Shown: positions 50,323 through 62,201 of the stretch, piece after piece
Layout: the number at the start of each line of letters is the position of its first letter
Numbering within the stretch: the first letter of the stretch is position 1
Assembly (NCBI GenBank): GCA_026770705.1
Contig: JANJGN010000048.1
Location: 1,736,001 to 1,800,000 of the forward strand
Reading direction: 5' to 3'
Length of the DNA stretch: 64,000 nucleotides
From: Isurus oxyrinchus
Lineage: Eukaryota
Program-made: the position numbers and the translations under genes
Notes under the pieces: model-generated
Database searches by the model: none
What the model saw: only the letters and a program-made list of their open reading frames with translations
What the model was told of the DNA's origin: nothing

Positions 50323-53300
50323 AACGGCTTTTGCTAGAATCATAATGAAGCTTTTTGTTTGTGTCCTATTTGCCTCCGGCAATCATTGAACCTCTTTCCA
50401 GCTCTACCTGTGCCACCGCCCTCAATCAGCTTGTATTTCACCTCATTTCTATTCTTCCTCAGTTCTGATGAAGTATCATATGGACTCGAAACGTGAACTG
50501 TATGCCTCTCCGCAGATGCTGTCAGACCAGCTGAGATTTTCCAGCTATTTTTATTTTTGTGTAGTTACCGGCAATTTCACTGTCTGAAACTATTCTACAA
50601 TTAAGTAAAATCGCTCCGTTCAGGTGAAGCAATTATTTACTGCTTCCTCTTCCACTCACGAAGGGTAACAGTTGTAATCTGGTTATATTAGGTTGGTTGA
50701 GCCCCAGGCTCATCCACTGGGGACCTGGATTCAAGTCGAAATTTAGGTAGCAAATTGTGGAATTGAAAACTCGTCTTCCATTAACGGTGAGCATGAAATT
50801 GGCACCGATTGGTTTAAAAACCCAGCTGGTTCACGAACACCCTGCAGGGAAGGAAGATCTTCATCCTCATCAGGCATGTCATACTTGTGACTTTCCACAC
50901 GTAGTAATGTGGTTGTCTGTTAACTGTCCTCTGAAAGGGCCGAGCAAGCCACTCACCTTAAGGGCAATTAGGGAAGGGTAATGAAGTCACATCTTGCCAG
51001 TGACGGCCACATCCCATGAAAGAACAAAGGAAATATAAAATTCTACCAGTGCATTCGTTGCTGACAGTGTGGACATCTCTGTTTTAGGATAACTCAACAA
51101 AGGCTGGGTGTCCACTTTGTAGAACATCTCTGCTCAGTCCACAAACATGGCCTCGCCCTGGTTGCAATTCCAGTCCAGCATCTTGCTCTCATGCTCACAT
51201 TTCAGTCTTCCGCCTGATGCAATATTCCAGTGAAGCCCAATAAATTTCTCAGAAATGAACCTCACCGTCCAATTAGGGGTCTTCCAGCCTTATGGAATCA
51301 AAACTGATGTCAACATCTTCAGTCAATGAACTCTGTCCTCTATTTGTATTATGTTCCCCGATTTTCAGTCTATATCATTTTCTGATATTTTGCTTTCAAG
51401 CAGCACAGACCTTTATTCTCCTATTACCACATACTGCTATTTTGCTTTCAGAAAGCGCTGACCTTTAATCTGCTATTATCACCTGCACTGGACCAATGCT
51501 TTGTACCTTTACTCATACCACACACCCTCAAAAGCGTATTCCCACCTGGAGAATTTCAAACATGATGCACGTGAAATGAGGTGAAAATGTTTCTAATTCG
51601 GAAACACATTCGTGGACTTTGGAGAGGAGAGGGAATTTGGAGATGGGAGCAGTGTCTTTCAGGTGCAGAAAGTTCATTATCTCTACATTTATTAGTGAAG
51701 TGACATGACTAAACAGGTTTGAAATGGATGATGGTGCCGCAAGAGAGAACCCTGAACAATATTGACTGACCTGGGAACCAGGATGGGAGGTTTGAGTGGT
51801 CAGAATTTCAGTGGGAGCAGATCCCAGGGAACAAGAGGTCGGGCTCATGGAAAGGATGAGTTCCCCGGTTCCTGGAACAGCTCAACAGCGCCCTCACTGG
51901 AGAGTCACTGACAGCAACTCCTGCATCCCCCTTTTGAAATGTACGTCTCCACACCTTTCAGAACTAATAGTCCTAAAGAAGTGATGCTGGAGAGAAAGAG
52001 GGTGATAACAATTTAGCACTTGGAAGCTGAAATGAAAACAGAAAGAGTTGAGAAACTTGTCAGAACTGGCAGCACCAGTGGAGAGAGAAGCAGGTGGTTT
52101 TCAGAGCCGTATATGCGTCTTCTTCCAAAGAGAGGAGAGCGATAGGGGTGTGATGTGATCTGTGCTGGTCACAATATGACAGAAGAACATCTGGGGCTAA
52201 GGAGGTGAGGGATAACTTAGATAGCGGGGCAGATTGAATGAAAACGTTGTCATTGAAAACACGACAAAGAGAGCCTTTATTTTGCTCCCGCATGACCTAT
52301 TCTGAAAAATTCTAGCCTGCGTCCGAACTCACCCCCAAAAGCAAGTGCGAGGAGCTGATGGAACTATCTGTCATTGGGTTTGGGACTGTCCAATGAGCTG
52401 CCTCTGCCAGTGATCACACATTCTGCTATTTTGCACTCAGTCAGCGCCCACCTTTATTCTGCTGTTATCACCTACTCCGGGTGAACCATCCTGCCGCAAA
52501 GCCAGAAAACAGTTGCCCAGAGTAGTTGATAACAACAGAATAAACGTGGCTGCTGTCTTAGAGCAAAATAGCGGACTGCTTTCGCACTGGAAGAGGCAGC
52601 TCATTGCCCAATACAAAACCAAATGACAAAGCGTTCAATCAGCTCCTCGTAGTTGTTGCTGGGGGTGAGTGTGTAGGCCAGCGAGAGTGTTTCAGAGTAA
52701 CGTATGGATTAGTAAACGGTATCCCTGGGCTATCTTTGATTCCCTGCATGGTCCTTGGAGTTGAGCAGAGATGGGAGCTTAACTGGGACAGAGGCCGGCG
52801 TGACGAAAGCCATGGTTTTAAGAGATAGCAGGACATCGATGATGGTACATCCAAGAGAGTGACTGCGAAACTGATTGGTAAACTTGCAGCGAGAGTGTGT
52901 TTCAGAGAGGAGGGTAAACGGGCTGCGTGTAAAGAGGAAAGAGAATACGAGGAATTGGAGATGCAGTAACGTGAGGAGGGAAGTCACACAATGCAATGGC
53001 AGAGGGAGAGTAGCAGTGAAGATATCTAGGTGCCAATGGTGTGATGATGATTTGGTGAGGCCTGGCGAAGGGGGATGAGTGTGCAGGAATACAGTGAGAT
53101 TACCAAAGAAGGAGAAAGGGCAAGACAAATGAAAGGAAGCACTAAGGTGTGGCATGGTTGCAAATGCCAGGCTAGCGTCATGACAGGCTGAGCTGGGTCG
53201 ATGGCAGATGGAGAAGTGGAGGCTTCATTCACAGGGAAGATTCGATCCACCCATGTCCAGGTTTCCAATATGGCCAATGCCTTGATATAATCACCAACAA

Positions 53301-54191
53301 TCAGCATTCAATCACCCCCAATATCGTTACAATCACCTCCAATATCGATACAATCACGTCCAATCTCGATACAATCAACCCCAATCGCGATACAATCACC
53401 CAAAATCTCGATACAATCACCCCCGGTCTTGATCCAATCACCCCCAATCTCGAAACAATCAACCCTAATCGCGATACAATCACCCACAATCTCGATACAA
53501 TCACCCACAATCTCGGCACAATCACCCCCAATCTCCATATAATGACACCCAATTTCGAAACAATTACTTCTAGTTGGGTCAAGAATGTGAAATCCACCTA
53601 AAATCTCAAACGCTGGGAAATGTTTCTTCCTATCGACTCTGTCCATACCACGCATGATTTTGAACCCCTCCATCAAACCTCCTGTCAACATTCCCTCCTC
53701 GAAGGGGAAAAGCCCCAGACTCTGGACTGCCTCCGCGGAACTCAAGCTTCGTGTCTCTCAAGCGCCTATGGTTATAAACTCAGTGCAACCCATTCATAAA
53801 CCTTCGCATCCTTCCCAAGGAGTGCAGCCTAGAATGTAACAACATATTCAGGGTGAGTTACTTACCGAGCACAAACTCCCAGGCACTGTGAACCAGCGAC
53901 TTGGACTCTGCTAAACGAGAACTTGAACTCTGAGTGTTGTGAGTTAACAAGCACACAAAACAGTGAACGCACAAATGAGTCGCAGCGGGCTCATGGTTGT
54001 CTCAATGAACAACCACAGATGCTGCTTTGTTTTTGCAAACAGCTTTATTTTGAAGCCATTCCGACAGGTGGCACATCCTTCATTGAATTCGGATGTGGCC
54101 GAATAATCTCTCTTTGCACGTGTGAAGCGAGTTTACCATGTCTGAGAGTGGAAAGGTGAGAGACTGCGCACAGCTGCACTCAAAACATTAA

Positions 54192-54263
54192 TGGAGATGC
54201 CGGGGATGGAACCCGGGACATCATACATGCGAAGCATGCGCTCTACCACTGAGCTACATCCCC
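54192..54263 (-). tRNA. tRNA-Ala-CGC: tRNA-Ala(CGC) variant, T-loop R57C
   Basis: The T loop reads TTCCATC; stems are intact. Confidence 0.75.
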
Positions 54264-57200
54264 AACGGCGTTTGCTGGCCGCATAATGAAGCTCTTTGAC
54301 CATGTCATATTTGCCTCCACCAAACATTGAACCTCTTTCCAGCTCTACCTGTGCCACCGCCCTCAATCAGTTTGTATTTCACCTCATTTCTATTCTTCCT
54401 CAGTTCAGATGAAGTATCATGTGGACTCGAAACGTGAACTGTATGCCTCTCCGCAGATGCTGTCAGACCAGCTGAGATTTTCCAGCTATTTTTATTTCTG
54501 TGCAGTAACCGGCAATTTCACCCTCTGAAACTATTCTACAATTAAGTAAAAAGACTGCGTTCAGGTGAAGCAATTATTTACTGCTTCCTCTTCCACTCAC
54601 GAAGGGTAGCAGTTGTAATCTGGTTGTATTAGGTTGGTTGAGCCCCAGGCTCATCCACTGGGGACCTGGATTCAATGCGAAATTTAGGTAGCAAATTGTG
54701 GAATTGATAACTCGTCTTCCATTAACGGTGAGCATGAAAATGGCACCGATTGTTCTAAAAAGCCACCTGGTTCACGAATACCCTTCAGGGAAGGACGATC
54801 TTCATCCTTATCAGACCTGTCCTACTTGTAACTTATCACACGTAGCAATGCTGTTGCCTGTTAACTATCCTCTGAAAGGGCCAAGCAAGCCACCCAGCTC
54901 AAGGGCAATTAGGGAAGGGTAATGAAGTCATAGCGTGCCAGTGACGGCCACATCCCATGAAAGAACGAAGGAAATATAAAATTCTACCTCTGCATTCGCT
55001 GCTGCAGTGTGGACACCACTATTTTAGGAAAACTCAACACAGGCTGGGTGCCCACTTTGTAGAAATGCTCTGCTCAGTCCACAAACATGGCCCCGCCCCG
55101 GTTACTATTCCAGTCCTGCATCTTGCTCTCATGCTCACATTTCCGTCCTCGGCCTGATGCAATGTTCCAATGAAGCCCAATAAAGTTCTCAGAAATGAAC
55201 CTCACCTTCCATTTTGGCGTCTTCCAGCCTTATGGAATCAAAACTGATGTCAACATCTTCAGTCAATGAACTCTGTCCTCTATTTGTATTATGTTTCCCG
55301 TTTTTCAGTCTATATCATTTCCTGATATTTTGCTTTCAGGCAGCACAGATCTTTATTCTCCTATTACCACATACTGCTATTTTGCTTTCAGAAAGCGCTG
55401 ACCTTTAATCTGCTATTATCACCTGCTCTGGACCAATGCTTTGTACCTTTACTCATACCACACACCCTCAAAAGCTTAAACCCACCTGGAGAATTTCAAA
55501 GATGAAGCACGGGAAATGAGAGGAAAATGTTTCTAATTCGTGAACACATTCGTGGACTTTGGAGAGGAGAGGGACTTTGGAGACGGAAGCGGTGTCTTTC
55601 AGGTGCAGAGAGTTCATTATCTCTAAATTTTTTAGTGAAGTGACATGACTAAACAGGTTTGAAACGGATGATGGTGCCTCAAGAGAGAACCCTGAACAAT
55701 ATTGACTGACCTGGGAACCAGGATGGGAGGTTTGAGGGGTCAGAATTTTATTGGAACAGAGCCCAGGGAACAAGAGGTGGGGCTCATGGAAAGGATGAGT
55801 TCCCCTGTTCCTGGAACAGCTCAACAGCGCCCTCCCTGGAGAGTCACTGACAGCAACTCCTGCATCCCTCTGATGAAATGCACGTCTCCACACGTTTCAG
55901 AACTAATAGTCCTAAAGAAGTGTTGCTGTAGAGAAAGAGGGTGATAACAATTTAGCCCTTGGAAGCTAAAATGAAAACAGAAAGAATTGAAAAACCCGTC
56001 AGAACTGAAAGCACCAGTGGAGAGAGAAGCAGGTGGTTTCCAGAGCCGGATGTGGGTCTTCTTCGGAAGAGAGGAGCGAGATTGGGGTGTGATGGGATCT
56101 GTGCTGGTCAGAAAATGACAGAAGAGCATCTGGGGCTAAGGAGGTGAGGGATAACTTAAATAGAGGGGCATATTGAATGAAAACGTTGTCATTGAACATA
56201 AGACAAAGAGAGCCTTTATTTTGCTCCCGCATGACCTATTCTGAAACATTCTAGCCTGCGTCACAACACACCCCCAAAAGACAGTGCGAGGAGCTGATGG
56301 AACTATCTGTCATTGGGTTTGGGACTGTCCAATGAACTGCCTCTACCAGTGATCACACATTCTGCTATTTTGCACTCAGTCAGCGCCCTTTATTCTACTG
56401 TTATCACCTACTCGGCGTGAATACTTCCTGCCTCAAAGCCAGAAAACAGTCGCCCAGAGTGGGTGATAACAGCAGAATAAATGTGGCTGCTGTCTGAGAG
56501 CAAAATAGCGGAATGCTGTCACACTGGAAGAGGCAGGTCATTAGACAGTCCAAATCCAAATGACAAAGCGTTCAATCAGCTCCTCGTAGTTGTTGCTGGG
56601 GGTGAGTGTGTAGGCCAGCGAAAGTGTTTCAGAGTAAGGTATGGATTAGTAAACGTAATCCCTGGGCTATCTTTGATTCCCTGCATGGTCCTTGGAGTTG
56701 AGCAGAGATGGGAGCTTAACTGGGGCAGAGGCCGGCTTGACGAAAGCCATGGTTTTAAGAGAGAGCAGGACATCGATAATGGCACATCCAAGAGAGTGAC
56801 TGCGAAACTGATTGGTAAACTTGCAGCGAGGGGGTGTTTCAGAGAGGAGGGTAAATGGGCTGCGAGTAAACAGGAAAGAGAATACGAGGAATTGGAGATG
56901 CGGTAATGTGAGGAGGGAATTCACACAATGCAATGGCAGAGGGAGAGTAGCAGTGAAGATATCTAGGTGCCAATGGTGTGATGATGATTTGGTGAGTCCT
57001 GGCGAAGGGGGATGAGATTGCAGGAATGCAGTGAGATTGTCAAAGAAGGAGAAAGGGCAAGACAAATCAAAGGAAGCTCTAAGGTGTGACATGGTTGCAA
57101 ATGCCAGGCTAGCATCATGACAGGCTGAGCTGGGTGGATGCCAGATGGAGAAGTGGAGGCTGCATTCACAGGGAAGATGCGATCCACCCATGTCCAGGTT

Positions 57201-58106
57201 TCCAATATGGCCAAGACCCCGATATAATCACCAACAAGCAGCATACAATCACCTCTAATATCGATATAATCACCTCAATATCGATACAATCACGGCCAAT
57301 CTCGATACAATCAAGCACAATCGCGATACAATCACCCACAATCTCGATACAATCACCCCCAATCTCGATACAATCAACGCTAATCGCGATACAATCACCC
57401 CCAATCTCGATACAATCACCCACAATCTCGGCACAATCACCCCCAATCTCGATGCAATGACACCCAATTTCGAAACAATTACTTCTAGCAGTGTGAAGAA
57501 TGTGAAATCCACCTAACATCTCAAACGCTGGGAAATGTTTCTTCCTATCGACTCTGTCCAGACCCCTCATGATTTTGAATCCCTCCATCAAACCTCCTGT
57601 CAACATTCCCTCCTCGAAGGGGAAAAGCCCCAGACTCTGCACCGCCTCTGCTGAACTGAAGCTTGTTGTCTCACGAGCGCCTCTGGTTATAAACTCAGTG
57701 CAACCCATTCATAATCCTTCGCATCCTTCCCAAGGAGTGCTGCCTAGAATGTGACACCATATTCAGGGTGAGTTACTTACCGAACACAAACTTACAGCAC
57801 TGTGAACCAGCGACTTGGACTCTGCTGAACGAGTGCTTGATCTCTGAGTGTTGTGAGTCAACAAGCACACAAAACTGTGAACGCACAAATGTGTGGCTGC
57901 GGGCTCATGGTTGTCTCAATGCACAACCACAGTTGCTGCTTTGTTTTTGTAAACAGCTTTATTTTGAAGCCGTTCCGACAGCTGGCACATCCTTCATTGA
58001 ATTCGGATGCTGCCGAATAATCTCTCTTTGCACATATGAAGCGAGTTTACCATGTCTGTGGGTGTAAAGGTGAGAAACTGTGCACGGTTGCATTCAAAAC
58101 ATCAAA

Positions 58107-58178
58107 TGGAGATGGCGGGGATTGAACCCGGGACATCATACATGCGAAGCATGCGCTCTACCACTGAGCTACATCCCC
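58107..58178 (-). tRNA. tRNA-Ala-CGC: tRNA-Ala(CGC) variant, C49:C65 mismatch
   Basis: The + strand reads tggagatggcgggg; otherwise canonical. Confidence 0.78.
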
Positions 58179-61100
58179 AACGGCGTTTGCTTGGCTCATA
58201 ATGAAGCACTTTGACCATGTCCTATTTGCCTCCACCAAACATTGAACCTCTTTCCAGCTCTACCTGTGCCACCGCCCTCAATCAGTTTGTATTTCACCTC
58301 ATATCTATTCTTCCTCAGTTCAGATGAAGTATCATATGGACTCGAAACGTGAACTGTATGCCTCTCCGCAGATGCTGTCAGACCAGCTGAGATTTTCCAG
58401 CTATTTTTATTTCTGTGCAGTTACCGGCAATTTCACCCTCTGAAGCTATTCTACAATTAAGTAAAAAGACTGCGTTCAGGTGAAGCAATTATTTACTGCT
58501 TCCTCTTCCACTCACGAAGGGTAACAGTCGTAATCTGGTTGTATTAGGTTGGTTGAGCCCCAGGCTCATCCACTGGGGACCTGGATTCAAGTCGAAATTT
58601 AGGTAGCAAATTGTGGAATTGAAAACTCGTCTTCCATTAACGGTGAGCATGAAAATGTCACCGATTTGTGTAAAAAGCCACCTGGTTCACGAATACCCTT
58701 CAGGGAAGGAAGATCTTCATCCTTATCAGACCTGTCCTACTTGTAACTTTTCACACGTAGCAATGCTGTTGCCTGTTAAGTATCCTCTGAAAGGGCCCAG
58801 CAAGCCACCCAGCTCAAGGGCAATTAGGGAAGGGTAATGAAGTCATAGCGTGCCAGTGACGGCCACATCCCATGAAAGAACAAAGGAAATATTAAATTCT
58901 ACCTCTGCATTCGCTGCTGCAGTGTGGACACCACTATTTTAGGAAAAATCAACACAGGCTGGGTGCCCACTTTGTAGAAATGCTCTGCTCAATCCACAAA
59001 CATGGCTCCTTCCCGGTTACTATTCCAGTCCAGCATCTTGCTCTCATGCTCACATTTCCGTCCTCGGCCTGATGCAATGTTCCAATGAAGCCCAATAAAG
59101 TGCTCAGAAATGAACCTCACCTTCCAATTTGGCGTCTTCCAGCCTTATGGAATCAAAACTGATGTCAACATCTTCAGTCAATGAACTCTGTCCTCTATTT
59201 GTATTATGTTCCCCGTTTTTCAGTCTATATCATTTTCTGATATTTTGCTTTCAGGCAGCACAGACCTTTATTCTCCTATTACCACATACTGCTATTTTGC
59301 TTTCAGAAAGCGCTGACCTTTAATCTGCTATTATCACCTGCTCTGGACCAATGCTTTGTACCTTTACTCATACCACACACCCTCAAAAGCTTATTCCCAC
59401 CTGGAGAATTTCAAAGATGAAGCACGGGAAATGAGAGGAGAATGTTTCTAATTCGTAAACACATTCGTGGACTTTGGAGAGGAGAGGGACTTTGGAGATG
59501 GGAGCGGTGTCTTTCAGGTGCAGAGAGTTCATTATCTCTACATTTTTCAGTGAAGTGACATGACTAAACAGGTTTGAAACGGATGATGGTGCCTCAAGAG
59601 AGAACCCTGAACAATATTGACTGACCTGGGAACCAGGATGAGAGGTTTGAGGGGTCAGAATTTTATTGGGAGCAGAGTCCAGGGAACAAGAGGTGGGGCT
59701 CATGGAAAGGATGCATTCCCCTGTTCCTGGAACAGCTCAACAGCGCCCTCCCTGGAGAGTCATGTCAGCAACTCCTGCATCCCTCTTTTGAAATGCACGT
59801 CTCCACACGTTTCAGAACTAATAGTCCTAAAGAAGTGTTGCTGTAGAGAAAGAGGGTGATAACAATTTAGCCCTTGGAAGCTAAAATGAAAACAGAAAGA
59901 ATTGAAAAACCCGTCAGAACTGAAAGCACCAGTGGAGAGAGAAGCAGGTGGTTTTCAGAGCCGGATGTGGGTCTTCTTCGGAAGAGAGGAGCGAGATTGG
60001 GGTGTGATGGGATCTGTGCTGGGCAGAAAATGGCAGAAGAGCATCTGGGGCTAAGGAGGTGAGGGATAATTTAAATAGAGGGGCATATTGAATGAAAACG
60101 TTGTCATTGACATAAGACAAAGAGAGCCTTTATTTTGCTCCCGCATGACCTATTCTGAAACATTCTAGCCTGCCTCACAATTCACCCCCAAAAGCAAGTG
60201 CGAGGAGCTGATGGAACTATCTGTCATTGGGTTTGGGACTGTCCAATGAACTGCCTCTACCAGTGATCACACATTCTGCTATTTTGGACTCAATCAGCGC
60301 CCACCTTTATTCTGCTGTTATCACCTACTCGGCATGAATACTTCCTGCCGCAAAGCCTGAAAACAGTCGCCCAGAGTAGGTGATAACAGCAGAATAAATG
60401 TTGCTGCTGTCTGAGAGCAAAATAGCGGAATGCTGTCACACTGGAAGAGGCAGGTCATTGGACAGTCCAAAACAAAATGACAAAGCGTTCAATCAGCTCC
60501 TCGTAGTTGTTGCTGGGGGTGAGTGTGTAGGCCAGCGAAAGTGTTTCAGAGTAACGTATGGATCAGTAAACGTTATTCCTGGGCTATCTTTGATTCCCTG
60601 CATGGTCCTTGGAGTTGAGCAGAGATGGGAGCTTAACCGGGGCAGAGGCCGGCTTGACGAAAGCCATGGTTTTAAGAGAGAGCAGGACATCGATGATGGC
60701 ACATCCTAGAGAGTGACTGCGAAACTGATTGGTAAACTTGCAGCGAGGGGGTGTTTCAGAGAGGAGGGTAAATGGGCTGCGTGTAAAGAGGAAAGAGAAC
60801 ACGAGGAATTGGAGATGCAGTAACGTGAGGAGGGAAGTCACACAATGCAATGGCAGAGGGAGAGTAGCAGTGAAGATATCTAGGTGCCAATGGTGTGATG
60901 ATGATTTGGTGAGTCCTGGCGAAGGGGGATGAGTGTGCAGGAATGCAGTGAGATTACCAAAGAAGGAGAAAGGGCAAGACAAATGAAAGGAAACACCAAG
61001 GTGTTACATGGTTGCAAATGCCAGGCTAGCGTCACGACTGGCTGAGCTGGGTGGATGGCAGATGTAGAAGTGGAGGCGTCATTCACAGGGAAGATGCGAT

Positions 61101-62129
61101 CCACCCATGTCCAGGTTTCCAATATGGCCAATGCCCCGATATAATCACCAACAATCAGCATACAATAACCCCTAATATCGATATAATCACCCCCAATCTC
61201 GATACAATCACGGCCAATCTCGATACAATCAAGCACAATCGCGATACAATCACCCACAATCTCGATACAATCACCCCGAATCTCGATACAATCAACGCTA
61301 ATCGCGATATAATCATCCCCAATATCGATACAATCATTCCCAATTGCGATACAATCAACCCCAATATTGATCCAATCACCCCAAATCTTGATACAATCAA
61401 CACTAATCGCGATACAATCACCCACAATCTCGATACAATCACCCACAATCTTGGCACAATCACCCCAATCTCCATACAATGACACCCAATTTCGAAACAA
61501 TTATTTCTAGCAGGGTCAAGAATGTGAAATCCACCTAACATCTCAAACGCTGGGAAATGTTTCTTCCTATCGACTCTGTCCATACCACGCATGATTTTGA
61601 ACCCCTCCATCAAACCTCCTGTCAACATTCCCTCCTCGAAGGGGAAAAGCCCCAGACTCTGGACTGCCTCCGCGGAACTGAAGCTTCGTGTCTCTCAAGC
61701 GCCTATGGTTATAAACTCAGTGCAACCCATTCATAAACCATCGCATCCTTCCCAAGGAGTGCAGCCTAGAATGTGACAACATATTCAGGGTGAGTTACTT
61801 ACCGAGCACAACCTCCCAGGCACTGTGAACCAGCGACTTGGACTCTGCTGAACGAGAACTTGAACTCTGAGTGTTGTGAGTCAACAAGCACACAAAACAG
61901 TGAACGCACAAATGTGTGGCAGCGGGCTCATGGTTATCTCAATGAACAACCACAGATGCTGCTTTGTTTTTGCAAACAGCTTTATTTTGAAGCCATTCCG
62001 ACAGGTGGCGCATCCTTCATTGAATTCGGATGTTGCCGAATAATCTCTCTTTGCACATATGAAGCGAGTTTACCATGTCTGTGGGTGTAAAGGTGAGAAA
62101 CTGTGCACGGTTGCATTCAAAACATCAAA

Positions 62130-62201
62130 TGGAGATGCCGGGGATTGAACCCGGGACATCATACATGCGAAGCATGCGCTCTACCACTGAGCTACATCCC
62201 C
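62130..62201 (-). tRNA. tRNA-Ala-CGC: tRNA-Ala(CGC), intact
   Basis: Same sequence as the 18645 copy; T4 terminator present. Confidence 0.95.

Larger units (their letters stand above)
36520..52400. repeat. Higher-order repeat: two copies of a ~7.92-kb dimer
   Basis: tRNA pairs 38386/46309 and 42327/50251 and near-identical ORF pairs (36757/44680, 40679/48602, 43604/51528) are offset by 7923-7924 bp, whereas adjacent monomers differ much more. Confidence 0.9.
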
